A stretch of DNA of 64,000 bases from Candidatus Saccharimonadota bacterium (GCA_028286395.1 JAQBRS010000004.1:29949-93948), one strand, 5' to 3'. Counted from the stretch's first letter, positions 16,809 through 27,617 are shown. Translations and numbers: made by a program. The notes: generated by a model not told the origin, from the letters alone.

Positions 16809-17822
16809 ATGCCAAGTCCTGATTTAGAGACGATACGACTGCAACTTTTGGAGCGGGTACAAACAAGCGAGACACCTCGTGATATTCTTCGTGCTCCTGA
16901 ATTCAAGGGTCTATACAGCGCGATTGGAGCATTGAGCCCTGAAGAAAAGGGTCCTTACGGAAAAGCCGTCAATGAATTGAAACAAGCGGTTGAAACCGCG
17001 GTTGAGGCTCGCATCGACGAACTTGAAAGTAGTGACGTCGTTGCGCTTGATGTAACGGCGCCATGGGATGCGAATAGCACCAAGCCAGCGTTCCTCCCGA
17101 CGAACGAGGGATCGCAACATCCTTTGACAACCGAAATTACTACCGTGATTGATATCTTTACCCGAATGGGATTTGAAGCAGTTGAGTCGCGGCAGATTGA
17201 TGACGATTTTCACATGTTCGGTTCTTTGAACTTCCCTGAGAATCATCCAGCTCGCGACGGGTACGACACGTTCCGAACCGAAGAAGGTTTTATTCCACCA
17301 GCACACACGAGCACGATGCAAAATCGTATCTTGCAAGCTGGCAAAGAAAAGCTGGAAGCAGGCGGACAAATCGCCGCTATTAGTTATGGCCGTGTGTTCC
17401 GTAACGAAGACGTTGATGCAACACACGAGCACACCTTTCATCAAGTTGAAGGTGTCTTTGTCAGCAAAGACGCAACACTGGGTGACATGCTCGGAACGCT
17501 CCGTAGTTTCTTTGAAGTCTATTATGGACAATCTTTGCGCATCAAAACACAGCCTGCCTATTTCCCATTCGTTGAACCTGGTCTTGAATTTATGATTGAG
17601 AAACCAGCCGTGCTTGGTGGTAAAGATGGTGAATGGCTTGAGATGCTTGGCTGTGGCATGGTCCATCCAAATGTCCTTAAAGCTGCTGGTATCGATCCAA
17701 CAGCATACCGTGGCTTTGCCTGGGGCATGGGTGTTGAACGACTCGTCATGTTGAAATACGGCATTGAAGATCTTCGTCACTTTGAATCCGCAAAACTTAA
17801 TTTCTTGAGGAAGTTCGCATGA
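16809..17822 (+). CDS. pheS: Phenylalanine--tRNA ligase alpha subunit
   Basis: HPARDGYDTF, HTSTMQ, GRVFRNE..DATHEHTFHQVEG, YFPFVEPG, GCGMVHP, GFAWGMGVERL. Confidence 0.97.
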   Translation: MPSPDLETIRLQLLERVQTSETPRDILRAPEFKGLYSAIGALSPEEKGPYGKAVNELKQAVETAVEARIDELESSDVVALDVTAPWDANSTKPAFLPTNEGSQHPLTTEITTVIDIFTRMGFEAVESRQIDDDFHMFGSLNFPENHPARDGYDTFRTEEGFIPPAHTSTMQNRILQAGKEKLEAGGQIAAISYGRVFRNEDVDATHEHTFHQVEGVFVSKDATLGDMLGTLRSFFEVYYGQSLRIKTQPAYFPFVEPGLEFMIEKPAVLGGKDGEWLEMLGCGMVHPNVLKAAGIDPTAYRGFAWGMGVERLVMLKYGIEDLRHFESAKLNFLRKFA

Positions 17823-20305
17823 TCGTTTCCGTAAACTGGCTGAAAAAATTTACTGACATCGATGTTTCGATTGATGAACTCGTTGATCTTATTGGCGCGC
17901 GTTTAGTAGAGATCGAAAGTGTCGAAAATCTTGGCGAGAAGTACAAAGACGTACTTGTTGTTAAAGTTGTTGAATGTAGCCCAGTGCCAGATTCTGACCA
18001 CTTAAATCTGACGAAAATTGATGACGGCGGAAAAGCGCAAAATGTCGAACGCGACGAGAACGGACTCGTCCAAGTTGTTTGTGGCGCACCGAATGTTAAA
18101 GCAGGGATGTTGGCTGCTTGGTTGCCGCCTGCAAGCACCGTGCCTGAAAGTATTAATGATAAAGAGCCATTTGTATTAGGCGCACGGGAACTCCGTGGCT
18201 TTACAAGTAATGGCATGCTCGCCAGTGCGAAAGAACTTGATTTATATGAAGATCACAGCGGCATTGTTGAAATCGACAAAGACGCCGCACCTGGAACGAG
18301 TTTCGCCGAACTCTATGAACTGAATGATTATCTTCTCGAAGTCGAAAACAAATCTTTGACGCACCGTCCCGATGCTTTTGGTATTATCGGCTTTGCTCGT
18401 GAAGTTGCGGGTATTCAAGGTAAGGCATTCACCACCCCAGCCTGGCTCGAGGATCTTAACCCTGACATTATGTCTGATGATTCCGTCGAATTGCCAACGG
18501 TGACCATTGATGATCCAGAATTGTCAGATCGTTTTGAAGCAATCGTACTATCTGACGTGAATGAAGGTGCGCAGTCACCACTTGAAATTCAGACCTACTT
18601 ATCACGAAGCGGTATTCGTCCAATTAGCGCCGTCGTTGACGTCACGAACTACATGATGTTCCTTGCAGGACGTCCTTTACACGCGTATGACTACGATAAA
18701 CTGCTTACCGTTGGCGGCGGTAAGGCTGATATTCATGTTCGTTCAGGACGAAAGGGCGAAACACTCGGACTTCTGAATGGAGCAGTCATTGAGTTGAGCG
18801 AAGATGACATCGTAATCGCAGCAGGCGAGACGGCTATTGGGCTTGGTGGCGCGATGGGCGGTGCTGATACTGAAATCGACTCGAATACAAAACGAATTTT
18901 GCTTGAGTCTGCAACATTTAACCTCTATAAGCTTCGTGGCGTACAGATGCGACACGGTATATTCACAGAAGCAATCACGCGTCTTACAAAAGGGATTCCA
19001 GCGCCACTCGGGACACCTGTCTTGGTTGAAGCCGCCAAAATGATCGGCCAATTTGCTGGAGCAAAAGTTGCAAGCTCAATTATTGATACCTATCCAGGTA
19101 AACACGATGCGATTGTCGTGACGATTGAAGAATCAGCGGTGAATGCAACGCTTGGAACTCAATTTAGCGCAGCAGACATTAAAGAATTGCTTGAAAATGT
19201 TGAATTTAATGTTGGCGTTGATGCGACAAAACTCATCGTTACCGTCCCTTACTGGCGCAATGACATCCATATTGCGGAAGACGTTATTGAAGAAGTTGGA
19301 CGATTAAACGGATTCGATTCCATTAATCCGGTGCTTCCTTTGCGCGACTTTACAGCTGTTCGTCCAACTGACTTTGACGTGCTTCGAACGAAGCTTCGCA
19401 CCATTTTGGTTCGGGCAGGTTCGAATGAAGTCCTAACCTATAACTTTATTCATGGCGACATTATGCGTAAGGCTGGCCAAGATCCAGAGACTGCTTACCG
19501 CATTACAAATAGTATTAGTCCTGACTTGCAGTATTATCGCCAAAGTCTCGTTCCGAGTCTTCTTGTAAATGTTCACCCGAATATAAAAGCAGGCTATGAC
19601 CACTTTGCGTTATTTGAAATTAATAAATTCCATACAAAACTAAACGGACTGACTGAAGAAAACGTGCCGAAAGAACTTGATGGGCTTGGATTCGTTGTTG
19701 CGAACAGCAAGAAAGCAACGGGCGCAGCGTATTACGAAGCAAAACAATACCTCGAGTATATTGCAAAGGAACTTGGACTCACATTTGTCTACGAACCACT
19801 CGAAGAGAATGCTAACTATCCTGTCACGCAACCATTTGAACCAAAACGAAGCGCCCGCGTCTGGGAAGCAACGACTCGCGAACGCATTGGCGTGATTGGT
19901 GAATTTAAAAAGTCTGTCCAAAAAGCATTTAAACTTTCTGATAATGTTGCGGGATTCGAAATCTCGCCTGTTTCGCTTTTAAAACTAACATCGAGCCTAA
20001 AGCCGACATATGAAGCGCTTAGTAAGTACCCACGAACCGATCGAGATGTGACGTTCCAGATTGCAAAGGAAGTGCCAGTGCAGACAGTGTATGATGCGTT
20101 AAGCGAGGCACTTCTGAGCACCAACCTGCAATCGGGAACTGCGCCATTGGATATGTACGAACCAGAAACTGGTGAGACAAAGAATATTACACTGCGTATT
20201 ACACTTGGTTCGAACGAGAAAACGTTGACGGGTGATGAAGTAAATAAAGTAATGGCTGAAGTGACTGAAAAAGTAGTAACGGCAACACATGGAAAGGTAA
20301 TCTAA
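17819..20305 (+). CDS. pheT: Phenylalanine--tRNA ligase beta subunit
   Basis: Overlaps pheS; VVCGAPNV, S.GMLAS, RPISAVVDVTNY, PYWRNDI..EDVIEEVGR, C-terminal FDX-ACB domain. Confidence 0.96.
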   Translation: MIVSVNWLKKFTDIDVSIDELVDLIGARLVEIESVENLGEKYKDVLVVKVVECSPVPDSDHLNLTKIDDGGKAQNVERDENGLVQVVCGAPNVKAGMLAAWLPPASTVPESINDKEPFVLGARELRGFTSNGMLASAKELDLYEDHSGIVEIDKDAAPGTSFAELYELNDYLLEVENKSLTHRPDAFGIIGFAREVAGIQGKAFTTPAWLEDLNPDIMSDDSVELPTVTIDDPELSDRFEAIVLSDVNEGAQSPLEIQTYLSRSGIRPISAVVDVTNYMMFLAGRPLHAYDYDKLLTVGGGKADIHVRSGRKGETLGLLNGAVIELSEDDIVIAAGETAIGLGGAMGGADTEIDSNTKRILLESATFNLYKLRGVQMRHGIFTEAITRLTKGIPAPLGTPVLVEAAKMIGQFAGAKVASSIIDTYPGKHDAIVVTIEESAVNATLGTQFSAADIKELLENVEFNVGVDATKLIVTVPYWRNDIHIAEDVIEEVGRLNGFDSINPVLPLRDFTAVRPTDFDVLRTKLRTILVRAGSNEVLTYNFIHGDIMRKAGQDPETAYRITNSISPDLQYYRQSLVPSLLVNVHPNIKAGYDHFALFEINKFHTKLNGLTEENVPKELDGLGFVVANSKKATGAAYYEAKQYLEYIAKELGLTFVYEPLEENANYPVTQPFEPKRSARVWEATTRERIGVIGEFKKSVQKAFKLSDNVAGFEISPVSLLKLTSSLKPTYEALSKYPRTDRDVTFQIAKEVPVQTVYDALSEALLSTNLQSGTAPLDMYEPETGETKNITLRITLGSNEKTLTGDEVNKVMAEVTEKVVTATHGKVI

Positions 20306-20892
20306 TGGCAACATCAAGAGGACAACAAATTGGAATTTGGATTATTGCGGTAGTTCTGACAGTAGGAACAGTCGGATCATTCATCGTATTAATTTTGGCA
20401 AATGATAACAACGCAAAGGATACGACGACGGCACAACAGACTGCAACTGCGTCTGCGGCACAAGCAAAAGCATCAGCTCAGGCAAATGCAGACAACTCAT
20501 TGCCACTTGTTGGATACAATGCCGCAACGTTCGACCCTGCGTCGGTGACAGCTTTGCAAAAGGAAATCCTAGTTGACGGAACAGGTGATGAAGTGAAGGC
20601 GACAGACTCAATTAACGCGAGTTACTTTGGCTGGACAAGTGACGGTGTTATCTTCGATAGCTCACTCAAGAAAGACGCAACTGCTGATGCACCTGTGACG
20701 TTTTCACTTTCCGGAGTGATTCAAGGTTGGACTAATGGACTTGCCGGACAACGTGTCGGTAGCACCGTGAAGCTGACTATTCCAGCGGACCAAGGATATG
20801 GATCAACTGGTTCGGGGATTATTCCTGCGAATGCACCACTTCAATTTATCGTGGTGATTCACTCAATCGAAACCAGCACCGCAACGCAATAG
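20305..20892 (+). CDS. FKBP-type peptidyl-prolyl isomerase, membrane-anchored
   Basis: YFGW..DG.IFDSS, VIQGWTNGL, LTIPADQGYG, IPANAPLQF; N-terminal TM. Confidence 0.9.
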   Translation: MATSRGQQIGIWIIAVVLTVGTVGSFIVLILANDNNAKDTTTAQQTATASAAQAKASAQANADNSLPLVGYNAATFDPASVTALQKEILVDGTGDEVKATDSINASYFGWTSDGVIFDSSLKKDATADAPVTFSLSGVIQGWTNGLAGQRVGSTVKLTIPADQGYGSTGSGIIPANAPLQFIVVIHSIETSTATQ

Positions 20893-20947
20893 TAGAAATC
20901 ATTAGGGTAAACAGTATGCTATACTAAGTATAGTAATAAGGAGAGGT

Positions 20948-21889
20948 ATGGATAATTCAGTCAAAGAAGTCGTCATGATCGGAGCTGGCCCAAGTTCACT
21001 AGCGGCTGCTATCTACACCACTCGTGAAGATATCGACACGACATTGTATGAGAAGAGTGCAATTGGCGGTCTTGCAGCGATTACCGATATTGTCGATAAC
21101 TATCCAGGTTTTCCCGAAGGTATCGAAGGACTAACACTAGCGGGCTATCTTGAAAAGCAAGCCGAGCGCTTCGGTGCACATATTGATTTCGGTGATGTGA
21201 CCGCGCTACGCGAAGAAGGTGATGTAAAAGTCGTGACCGTCGATGGCGCAGAGGTGAAAGCGAAGGTCGTATTGATTGCGACCGGGAGTGATTACAAGAA
21301 AATTGGCGTCCCCGGCGAGGCTGAACTGTACGGGCGAGGCGTCCATTACTGTGCGACGTGTGATGGTGCTTTCTATCGTGAAAAGAAACTCGTCGTTATT
21401 GGTGGCGGAAACTCTGGCTTCCAAGAAGCGCTTTTCCTAACTCGTTACGCAACACACATCGATTTATTGGTACGAAGCAAAGTTTCTGCCAGCGATATTT
21501 TACAACATGATATGCAGAAATTTGTTGATTCTGGCAAAGTAACGATTCATCTCAACACAACGACGGAAGAAATTCTGGCAACTGACGGACGGGTCACGGC
21601 AGTGAACGCTATTAAGAATGGTGAAGCGATAACGTTTGATACTGATGGTGTCTTCGTCTTTGTCGGTCTTCTCCCTAACACGCAATTCCTTGAAGGCAGT
21701 GGTATTGAACTTGATGCACGTGGCCTTATCAAGACCAGCGAGCGCCTTCAAACGAACATGAAGGGCGTCTTTGCAAGTGGTGATGTTCGAAGCGGTGCGA
21801 CGATGCAAATTGCCAGTGCGGTTGGTGAAGGTGCGTCTGCTGCGCTCGCTATTCGCGAATACCTTGAAGACTACGACCGCGCTGCCTAA
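20948..21889 (+). CDS. trxB: Thioredoxin-disulfide reductase
   Basis: IGAGPSSL, GVHYCATCDG, VIGGGNSG, GVFASGDVR. Confidence 0.93.
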   Translation: MDNSVKEVVMIGAGPSSLAAAIYTTREDIDTTLYEKSAIGGLAAITDIVDNYPGFPEGIEGLTLAGYLEKQAERFGAHIDFGDVTALREEGDVKVVTVDGAEVKAKVVLIATGSDYKKIGVPGEAELYGRGVHYCATCDGAFYREKKLVVIGGGNSGFQEALFLTRYATHIDLLVRSKVSASDILQHDMQKFVDSGKVTIHLNTTTEEILATDGRVTAVNAIKNGEAITFDTDGVFVFVGLLPNTQFLEGSGIELDARGLIKTSERLQTNMKGVFASGDVRSGATMQIASAVGEGASAALAIREYLEDYDRAA

Positions 21890-22869
21890 GCGATATTTTT
21901 CTTGTAAAATGATTCTAATTGGCTAATAATCTTCGGGTCCGACGTCTCGAGGGCTATTTCGCGTGTTCCGAAAAGAACGCCAGTGTAGGCAAAGTTATGT
22001 GATCCAGTAATTGCAACTTTTGAGCCGTCTTCCATTGTGAAAATAATGAATTTCGCATGTAGGTAACGATCTTTTTTGTAGAGCGTTTTAAAGCCGCTCG
22101 TAAACATGCTGAGCATGATGAGTGCCTTATTGAGTGAGGTTGCTTGTTCAGGGCGATTGAAATATAACGAAACATTCTTCTTCTTGAATATTCGTGCCAA
22201 TTTTCCTGTGGGGCAGTACTGCGATACGAAAATAATATGCGAGGCCTCTTTTGCAAGTTCGGTCGCGCGTCGGTAAATGACGGAGTGGGCGATAATGCCC
22301 CCATCGATCAATACTGAGTTTCCTTCAAGTTCATAGGTCACGCTAGGATAATTGGTCGATGCACGCTCGGCTTTAACGATACGTCCTTGCTCGTATGCAA
22401 GACGATCAGCAAGGTGATTATTTTGAAGGCGGAACATGTAATCAATGTTCTCTGCGACACCGCCCTGATACATGTTAACGCCACCAAAGACAAAACAGGT
22501 ATCGTCAACCACGCACCATTTGCTGTGGGTTCGCCCGTTTAATAGTGTCACGTGTCCACGTCCAAGCCATTGGAATTTTACACCTGCGGCTTTCAGCCTT
22601 TTGACCATGAGGTTCACTTCTTTAACCCCAGGACTGTAGTAGCGGATTGGCAAGAAGCCTCCACTGACTTCACCATAGGTAAAGATGTCCGCAGTGACCG
22701 TGACGCTGACGCCACGCTTAGCGGCCTCTTCGAGCGCTTCGATTAACTCGTGTGTTGCAGGGTGATCGGCAACCACCATCGCAATAAGAAAGACACGGTT
22801 TTGTGCTATTCTCACGAGTTCAGTTGCCTGCGCAATATAGTCAGGCGGTAAGACTAATTTCATATCCAT
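21886..22869 (-). CDS. Phospholipase D family protein (cardiolipin-synthase-like)
   Basis: HSKWCVVDD followed by GGVN; second motif HAKFIIF..GSHNF. Confidence 0.8.
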   Translation of the reverse strand: MDMKLVLPPDYIAQATELVRIAQNRVFLIAMVVADHPATHELIEALEEAAKRGVSVTVTADIFTYGEVSGGFLPIRYYSPGVKEVNLMVKRLKAAGVKFQWLGRGHVTLLNGRTHSKWCVVDDTCFVFGGVNMYQGGVAENIDYMFRLQNNHLADRLAYEQGRIVKAERASTNYPSVTYELEGNSVLIDGGIIAHSVIYRRATELAKEASHIIFVSQYCPTGKLARIFKKKNVSLYFNRPEQATSLNKALIMLSMFTSGFKTLYKKDRYLHAKFIIFTMEDGSKVAITGSHNFAYTGVLFGTREIALETSDPKIISQLESFYKKNIA

Positions 22870-22946
22870 CTTAAGTGATTATAAACTGTCTGGCCTTATT
22901 CGGACAAAAACTGATAAAATACAGGTAATAGAACAAAGGAGAAAAC

Positions 22947-23477
22947 ATGGCAGACTTTAATAAGATCTTAACACCTGGTGATATCGATGGCGGCATCATC
23001 AATGTTGTAAACGAAATCCCAACTGGTAGTAGTAACAAAATTGAATGGAATCGCGACTTGGCTGTGTTCCAGCTTGATCGTGCTGAACCAACTATTTTCG
23101 GAAAACCAACAAACTACGGCTTTATTCCACAAACACTTGATGAAGACGGTGACGAACTCGACGTACTTATCATTACAAGTGAACCACTGCCAACAGGTAT
23201 TTTCCTTGAAGCAAAAGTAATTGGTGTGATGAAATTTGTTGACGACGGTGAAGTTGATGACAAGATTGTGGTTGTCCCTGCCGACGATCGAAACAATGGC
23301 AACACAATTAACTCTTTGCAAGATCTTTCACAAAAATTAATTGATCAAATTGAATTTCACTTTAACCACTACAAAGATTTGAAGAAGCTAGGCACAACAA
23401 AAGTTGAAAGCTGGGGCGATATCGAAGAAGCGAAGGCCGTTATTCACGAATCTGTCGAGCGTTGGAATAACAAGTAG
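22947..23477 (+). CDS. ppa: Inorganic pyrophosphatase (family I)
   Basis: NEIPTGS..KIEW, NYGFIPQTL, DGDELDVL, DDKIV, FNHYKDL. Confidence 0.95.
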   Translation: MADFNKILTPGDIDGGIINVVNEIPTGSSNKIEWNRDLAVFQLDRAEPTIFGKPTNYGFIPQTLDEDGDELDVLIITSEPLPTGIFLEAKVIGVMKFVDDGEVDDKIVVVPADDRNNGNTINSLQDLSQKLIDQIEFHFNHYKDLKKLGTTKVESWGDIEEAKAVIHESVERWNNK

Positions 23478-24247
23478 TGACTTCGGACGATCAGCAGGTT
23501 ATTGATGCACAGGCACTTGTCGCCGATGTGTTCAAAGGATTCCGCGGGGAACTGCTGAGTGTTTTTGGGAAGAGTGAACATACCTCTAAACCCGATGGCT
23601 CGCCTGTCACGATCTATGACGTCAAAGTCGAAGAGCTGCTAAGAGTAAAGCTAGCCGAGTCATTCCCCGACATGGGATTTGAAGGCGAAGAAACAGGAGT
23701 AACGGGAAGTCGAGATACCTACTGGCTAGTTGACCCAATCGATGGGACCTCGAGCTTCATTCGTGGATTACCGTTTAGCACTAACATGGCTGCGCTTGTG
23801 CATGATAGTGTCGTGATTGCAGCGGTCATTTACGATTTCGTGAACGACGTACTCTACACTGCCTTAAAAGGTAAGGGGTCATTCAAGAATGGTGAGCAGA
23901 TTCATCTCAATACGTCACGGCTAGCGGGTAACCTTTTTATCTACTCGATGACCGTAAAAGAGTTCGGGCATATTAAAGAAGCATTGAACGAACTTGGTAT
24001 GCGGACATTACTTCCCGTCGGCGCTTCGGGCCACGAGTACGCAATGCTTGCCGAAGGAAAAATCGATGGCATCGTGATTCTTAAAAAAGGTCATGGGCTT
24101 CACGATAATGCACCCGGCGTTCTGCTCGCAGAAGAAGCTGGAGCAATCGTGCTTCCTTTTGACGATGAAAAAGGCGTGTATCGAAGTCAATTCGTTATCG
24201 GAACACCACTCGTCGTCGAGACGATCGAACATAGCGGACTGCTTTAG
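23477..24247 (+). CDS. Inositol monophosphatase family protein
   Basis: PVTIYD, FEGEE, WLVDPIDGTSSF, LAEEAGA. Confidence 0.85.
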   Translation: MTSDDQQVIDAQALVADVFKGFRGELLSVFGKSEHTSKPDGSPVTIYDVKVEELLRVKLAESFPDMGFEGEETGVTGSRDTYWLVDPIDGTSSFIRGLPFSTNMAALVHDSVVIAAVIYDFVNDVLYTALKGKGSFKNGEQIHLNTSRLAGNLFIYSMTVKEFGHIKEALNELGMRTLLPVGASGHEYAMLAEGKIDGIVILKKGHGLHDNAPGVLLAEEAGAIVLPFDDEKGVYRSQFVIGTPLVVETIEHSGLL

Positions 24248-24915
24248 TTCGTCATCATTGCGACGATTGCATAATCGCCGTCATCTTTTCGTCGCCCGTT
24301 AAAGAATTCGGTATATGAGAAATAATCAGGATTCTTATCAGTTTCGATGGGACTATCGGTAATATTTTCTTGCAAGATGCCTGCTGCGAATAATTGCTCG
24401 AAAGTGACTTCTTTCATGCCTTTGTTATCGAGTGCCCAAATAGGATAGACGTCTTTTCCTGGAGCAGGCGTTAACCAAATCTTTAATTCTGCAGGGTTGC
24501 TGGCGTAGGTTTTTACTAAATGATTAATAATTTTATGAGCCCCACTTTGTTCGAGACTATGACGACCAAGATGTGCGACGGCTAAAATGTGATGTGTTGG
24601 GTCAAATATCGCTGCACCGACGCAATCGGCAATCGGAAGTAATAGGGCGTGTTCTGTATCGGTCGTAACAAGCGCATCGGCGATAACCACGTCATCGTCG
24701 TACATTCCTTGGTCTTTTTGCATCTCATCGACTTCAATGTAGCGACAAAAATCACTTCGATCGTAGTTTACTCGGACACGAGTCGTTTGGTCCAAAGAGA
24801 TGCGTTGTTTTTCAAGATAGGCTTTGCGGTTTCTAATGACACTCTCGTCAAGGACATCGTTTCGGTTATACATACTGCCGTCAGCAACCTTTGAAATTGC
24901 GACAACAATACCCAC
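24244..24915 (-). CDS. PgeF/YfiH (laccase-like, purine nucleoside phosphorylase) family protein
   Basis: ADALVT, LPIADC, VAH, YFSY. Confidence 0.75.
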   Translation of the reverse strand: MGIVVAISKVADGSMYNRNDVLDESVIRNRKAYLEKQRISLDQTTRVRVNYDRSDFCRYIEVDEMQKDQGMYDDDVVIADALVTTDTEHALLLPIADCVGAAIFDPTHHILAVAHLGRHSLEQSGAHKIINHLVKTYASNPAELKIWLTPAPGKDVYPIWALDNKGMKEVTFEQLFAAGILQENITDSPIETDKNPDYFSYTEFFNGRRKDDGDYAIVAMMTN

Positions 24916-26462
24916 TACTTTTTTACTTCCTTTTTCTTGATTAAGGTTTTTTGCTTGATGATTGCGGCAGCGTGACTGATGCCACTTATGACGCCGAGTT
25001 GGCGAAGTTGGGCGCGAAGTTTGTTGCGAGCGTGAGTCGTCGTGACTTGTTCCAGCCAGGCTTGCTTTGGAGAGTTTGTTTTACGTGTCATGACTTCAAC
25101 AATGTCACCGTTATGAAGGGGCTTATCAAAAGGTTGGATAGCGCTGTTTACGCGGAATCCATAGGCGTGTTTGCCAATGTCGCTGTGGACTAAGTAGGCA
25201 AAGTCTAAAGGGAGGGCACCTTCGGGGAGGTTATAAATATCACCTTTTGGTGAGTAGACGAAAATACGGTCACCGAAAAGGTCAACGTTAAGCTGGTCAC
25301 TGGTAATATCTTCACCGCTACGAAGCTTTGTCGCAATTTCTTGTAACTGTGTGATCCATTGCATATGCGTTGGCAAGACGGCGCTTTTTTTATTGCGCGT
25401 GTAATCCTTTGAGTTCTTTTGATCGTGATAGTGAAAGCTAGCTGCTAGTCCACGTTCAGCGAATTCGTGCATGTCGTACGTACGAATTTGAAACTCAACG
25501 ATTTGTTTTTGAGGAGTGATGACTGTCGTGTGCAGACTTTGATAGCCGTTTGGCTTTGGAATCGCAATGTAGTCTTTAATGCGAGATATCATCGGTTGGT
25601 AGAGCGAGTGGAGAATACCGAGCACGCGGTAACAATCTTCTTTCGTCTCGACAATGATACGAAGTGCCATTAGGTCGTAGATGTCATCCATATTGCCGTC
25701 CACTTTTTTAAGCTTCTTGTGCAAACTGTAGATGCTTTTAACGCGACCGTTGATCTCGGCCTTAATGTTTTCCTTTTCAAGCACTTTATTAATCTCTTCA
25801 CGAACAGCACCTAGCTTACGGGTACTTTTTCCGAGGCGTTTGCGAATGGCGTTTTGAAGTTTCTTGAATTCTGGGGGATCAAGATAGCTAAAAGCCAGTT
25901 CCTCGATTTCCATACGAACACGCCCCATACCAAGTCGATCAGCCATTGGGCCAAATACTTCAAGGCTTTCGCGGGCTATCTTGATCTGTTTTTCTTTTGA
26001 CATGTGTTGCAGTGTTTGGAGGTTGTGGAGGCGATCAGCAAGTTTAATGATGATAACGCGAACATCCTGCCCGACGGCGATAAGGAGCTTTGAAAGATTA
26101 TCTTTTGTCTGAGGAAGATAAGCAGCAAGATCTTGCATACCGGCACGGGCCTGTGAAACTTTGGTGACACCATCCACGAGGAAGGCGGCATCTTTCCCGA
26201 ATAGTGTTTCGAGTTGATCAAGATTTGTGTCCGTGTCCTCGACCGTGTCGTGAAGCACGCCGGCGATCACGCTATCGATATCCATGCCCCAGTCGATCAG
26301 CGTTCCGGCAACGGAAAGCGGGTGAACGATATATGGCTCGCCACTTTTGCGTTTCTGGCCTTCGTGGGCTTTAGTCGCAATATCGATGGCATGCTCAAGA
26401 TCAAGGACTTGGTCCTCTTCGTAATGCGGACGTGCTTTCTCGAGTAACTCGCTCTTTTTCAT
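24915..26462 (-). CDS. rel: RelA/SpoT family (p)ppGpp synthetase/hydrolase (HD + SYNTH + TGS, short C-terminus)
   Basis: RKSGEPYIVHP, LHDTVED, KLADRLHN, GRVKSIYS, RIKDYIAIPKPNGYQSLHT, EFQIRT, PLDFAY. Confidence 0.92.
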   Translation of the reverse strand: MKKSELLEKARPHYEEDQVLDLEHAIDIATKAHEGQKRKSGEPYIVHPLSVAGTLIDWGMDIDSVIAGVLHDTVEDTDTNLDQLETLFGKDAAFLVDGVTKVSQARAGMQDLAAYLPQTKDNLSKLLIAVGQDVRVIIIKLADRLHNLQTLQHMSKEKQIKIARESLEVFGPMADRLGMGRVRMEIEELAFSYLDPPEFKKLQNAIRKRLGKSTRKLGAVREEINKVLEKENIKAEINGRVKSIYSLHKKLKKVDGNMDDIYDLMALRIIVETKEDCYRVLGILHSLYQPMISRIKDYIAIPKPNGYQSLHTTVITPQKQIVEFQIRTYDMHEFAERGLAASFHYHDQKNSKDYTRNKKSAVLPTHMQWITQLQEIATKLRSGEDITSDQLNVDLFGDRIFVYSPKGDIYNLPEGALPLDFAYLVHSDIGKHAYGFRVNSAIQPFDKPLHNGDIVEVMTRKTNSPKQAWLEQVTTTHARNKLRAQLRQLGVISGISHAAAIIKQKTLIKKKEVKK

Positions 26463-26571
26463 AGCCTTTTTAGTATACGGGTGATTTCATTGATTTCAAA
26501 GAGTCTCTGTGTATACTAAAGAGGTTATGATTATTGGTTAAAATGCGTAAAAGCAGAGGGACGGGACCACT

Positions 26572-27588
26572 ATGAGCAAGACAAAAATAGGAATTAACGG
26601 CTTCGGTCGTATTGGGCGGAATGCGTTTAAAATCGCTTTCGACCGGAGCGATCTCGAAGTTGTTGCTATCAACGACCTGACAGATACAAAGACATTAGCC
26701 TACTTGTTGCAACACGACAGTAACTACGGACTATACAAGAACACTGTCGGCTACGACGACGCAGGTATCATTGTTAACGGCCAACACGTGAAGGTGCTTG
26801 CCGAAAAAGATCCAGCTGCACTTCCTTGGGGTGACCTTGGTGTGGAACTCGTCATCGAATCAACAGGACGTTTCACTGAAAAAGAAAAAGCTGAACTCCA
26901 CATTACTGCTGGCGCAAAGCGCGTTGTCATTAGCGGTCCATCAAAGAGCGACGGTGTTGATACTATTGTACTTGGCGCGAACGAAGACAAGATCCAGGGT
27001 GCAAGCCAAATCATCAGCAACGCAAGTTGTACGACTAACTCGCTTGGTGCGGTTATGGCGATCCTTGACGCTGAATTCGGTGTTGAGAAGTCACTTCTTA
27101 CAACCGTTCACAGTTACACTGCCAGCCAGGCACTTCAGGATGCTCCTTCAAAGGATCTTCGTGAAGGCCGTAATGCCGCAGAAAACATCGTTCCAACATC
27201 CACCGGTGCTGCAATTGCAGTGACGAAGACATTGCCACAACTTGAGGGCAAGTTTGACGGACTCAGTATTCGCGTTCCAACCCCAGTAGTTTCAATCAGC
27301 GACGTGACTGTGCTTCTTGGTAAGGACGCCACTGTTGAGGAAATCAACGATGTATTCAAGAAAGCCGCTGCTGAGCCTTTCTACCAAGGTATTCTTGGCG
27401 TGAGCGAAGAACCGCTTGTGAGTCGTGACTACATTGGAAACAGCCACTCAGGCGTTGTTGACCTTCTTCTTACGAAAGTCGTTGGCGGAAACCTTGCAAA
27501 GGTCATGGTCTGGTATGACAACGAATGGGGTTACTCTAACCGTCTCGTTGAGCTTATCGCTGACGTGGGAAAGACCTTGCACGAATAG
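26572..27588 (+). CDS. gap: Glyceraldehyde-3-phosphate dehydrogenase, type I
   Basis: GINGFGRIGR, SNASCTTN, WYDNEWGYS. Confidence 0.98.
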   Translation: MSKTKIGINGFGRIGRNAFKIAFDRSDLEVVAINDLTDTKTLAYLLQHDSNYGLYKNTVGYDDAGIIVNGQHVKVLAEKDPAALPWGDLGVELVIESTGRFTEKEKAELHITAGAKRVVISGPSKSDGVDTIVLGANEDKIQGASQIISNASCTTNSLGAVMAILDAEFGVEKSLLTTVHSYTASQALQDAPSKDLREGRNAAENIVPTSTGAAIAVTKTLPQLEGKFDGLSIRVPTPVVSISDVTVLLGKDATVEEINDVFKKAAAEPFYQGILGVSEEPLVSRDYIGNSHSGVVDLLLTKVVGGNLAKVMVWYDNEWGYSNRLVELIADVGKTLHE

Positions 27589-27617
27589 GCGCATAACGCT
27601 TATACTTTAGGATAGTT

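Noticed and set aside
16911-17780. 289-aa antisense ORF over pheS
   Set aside because: Mirror-frame ORF of a conserved gene; composition typical of antisense codon bias.
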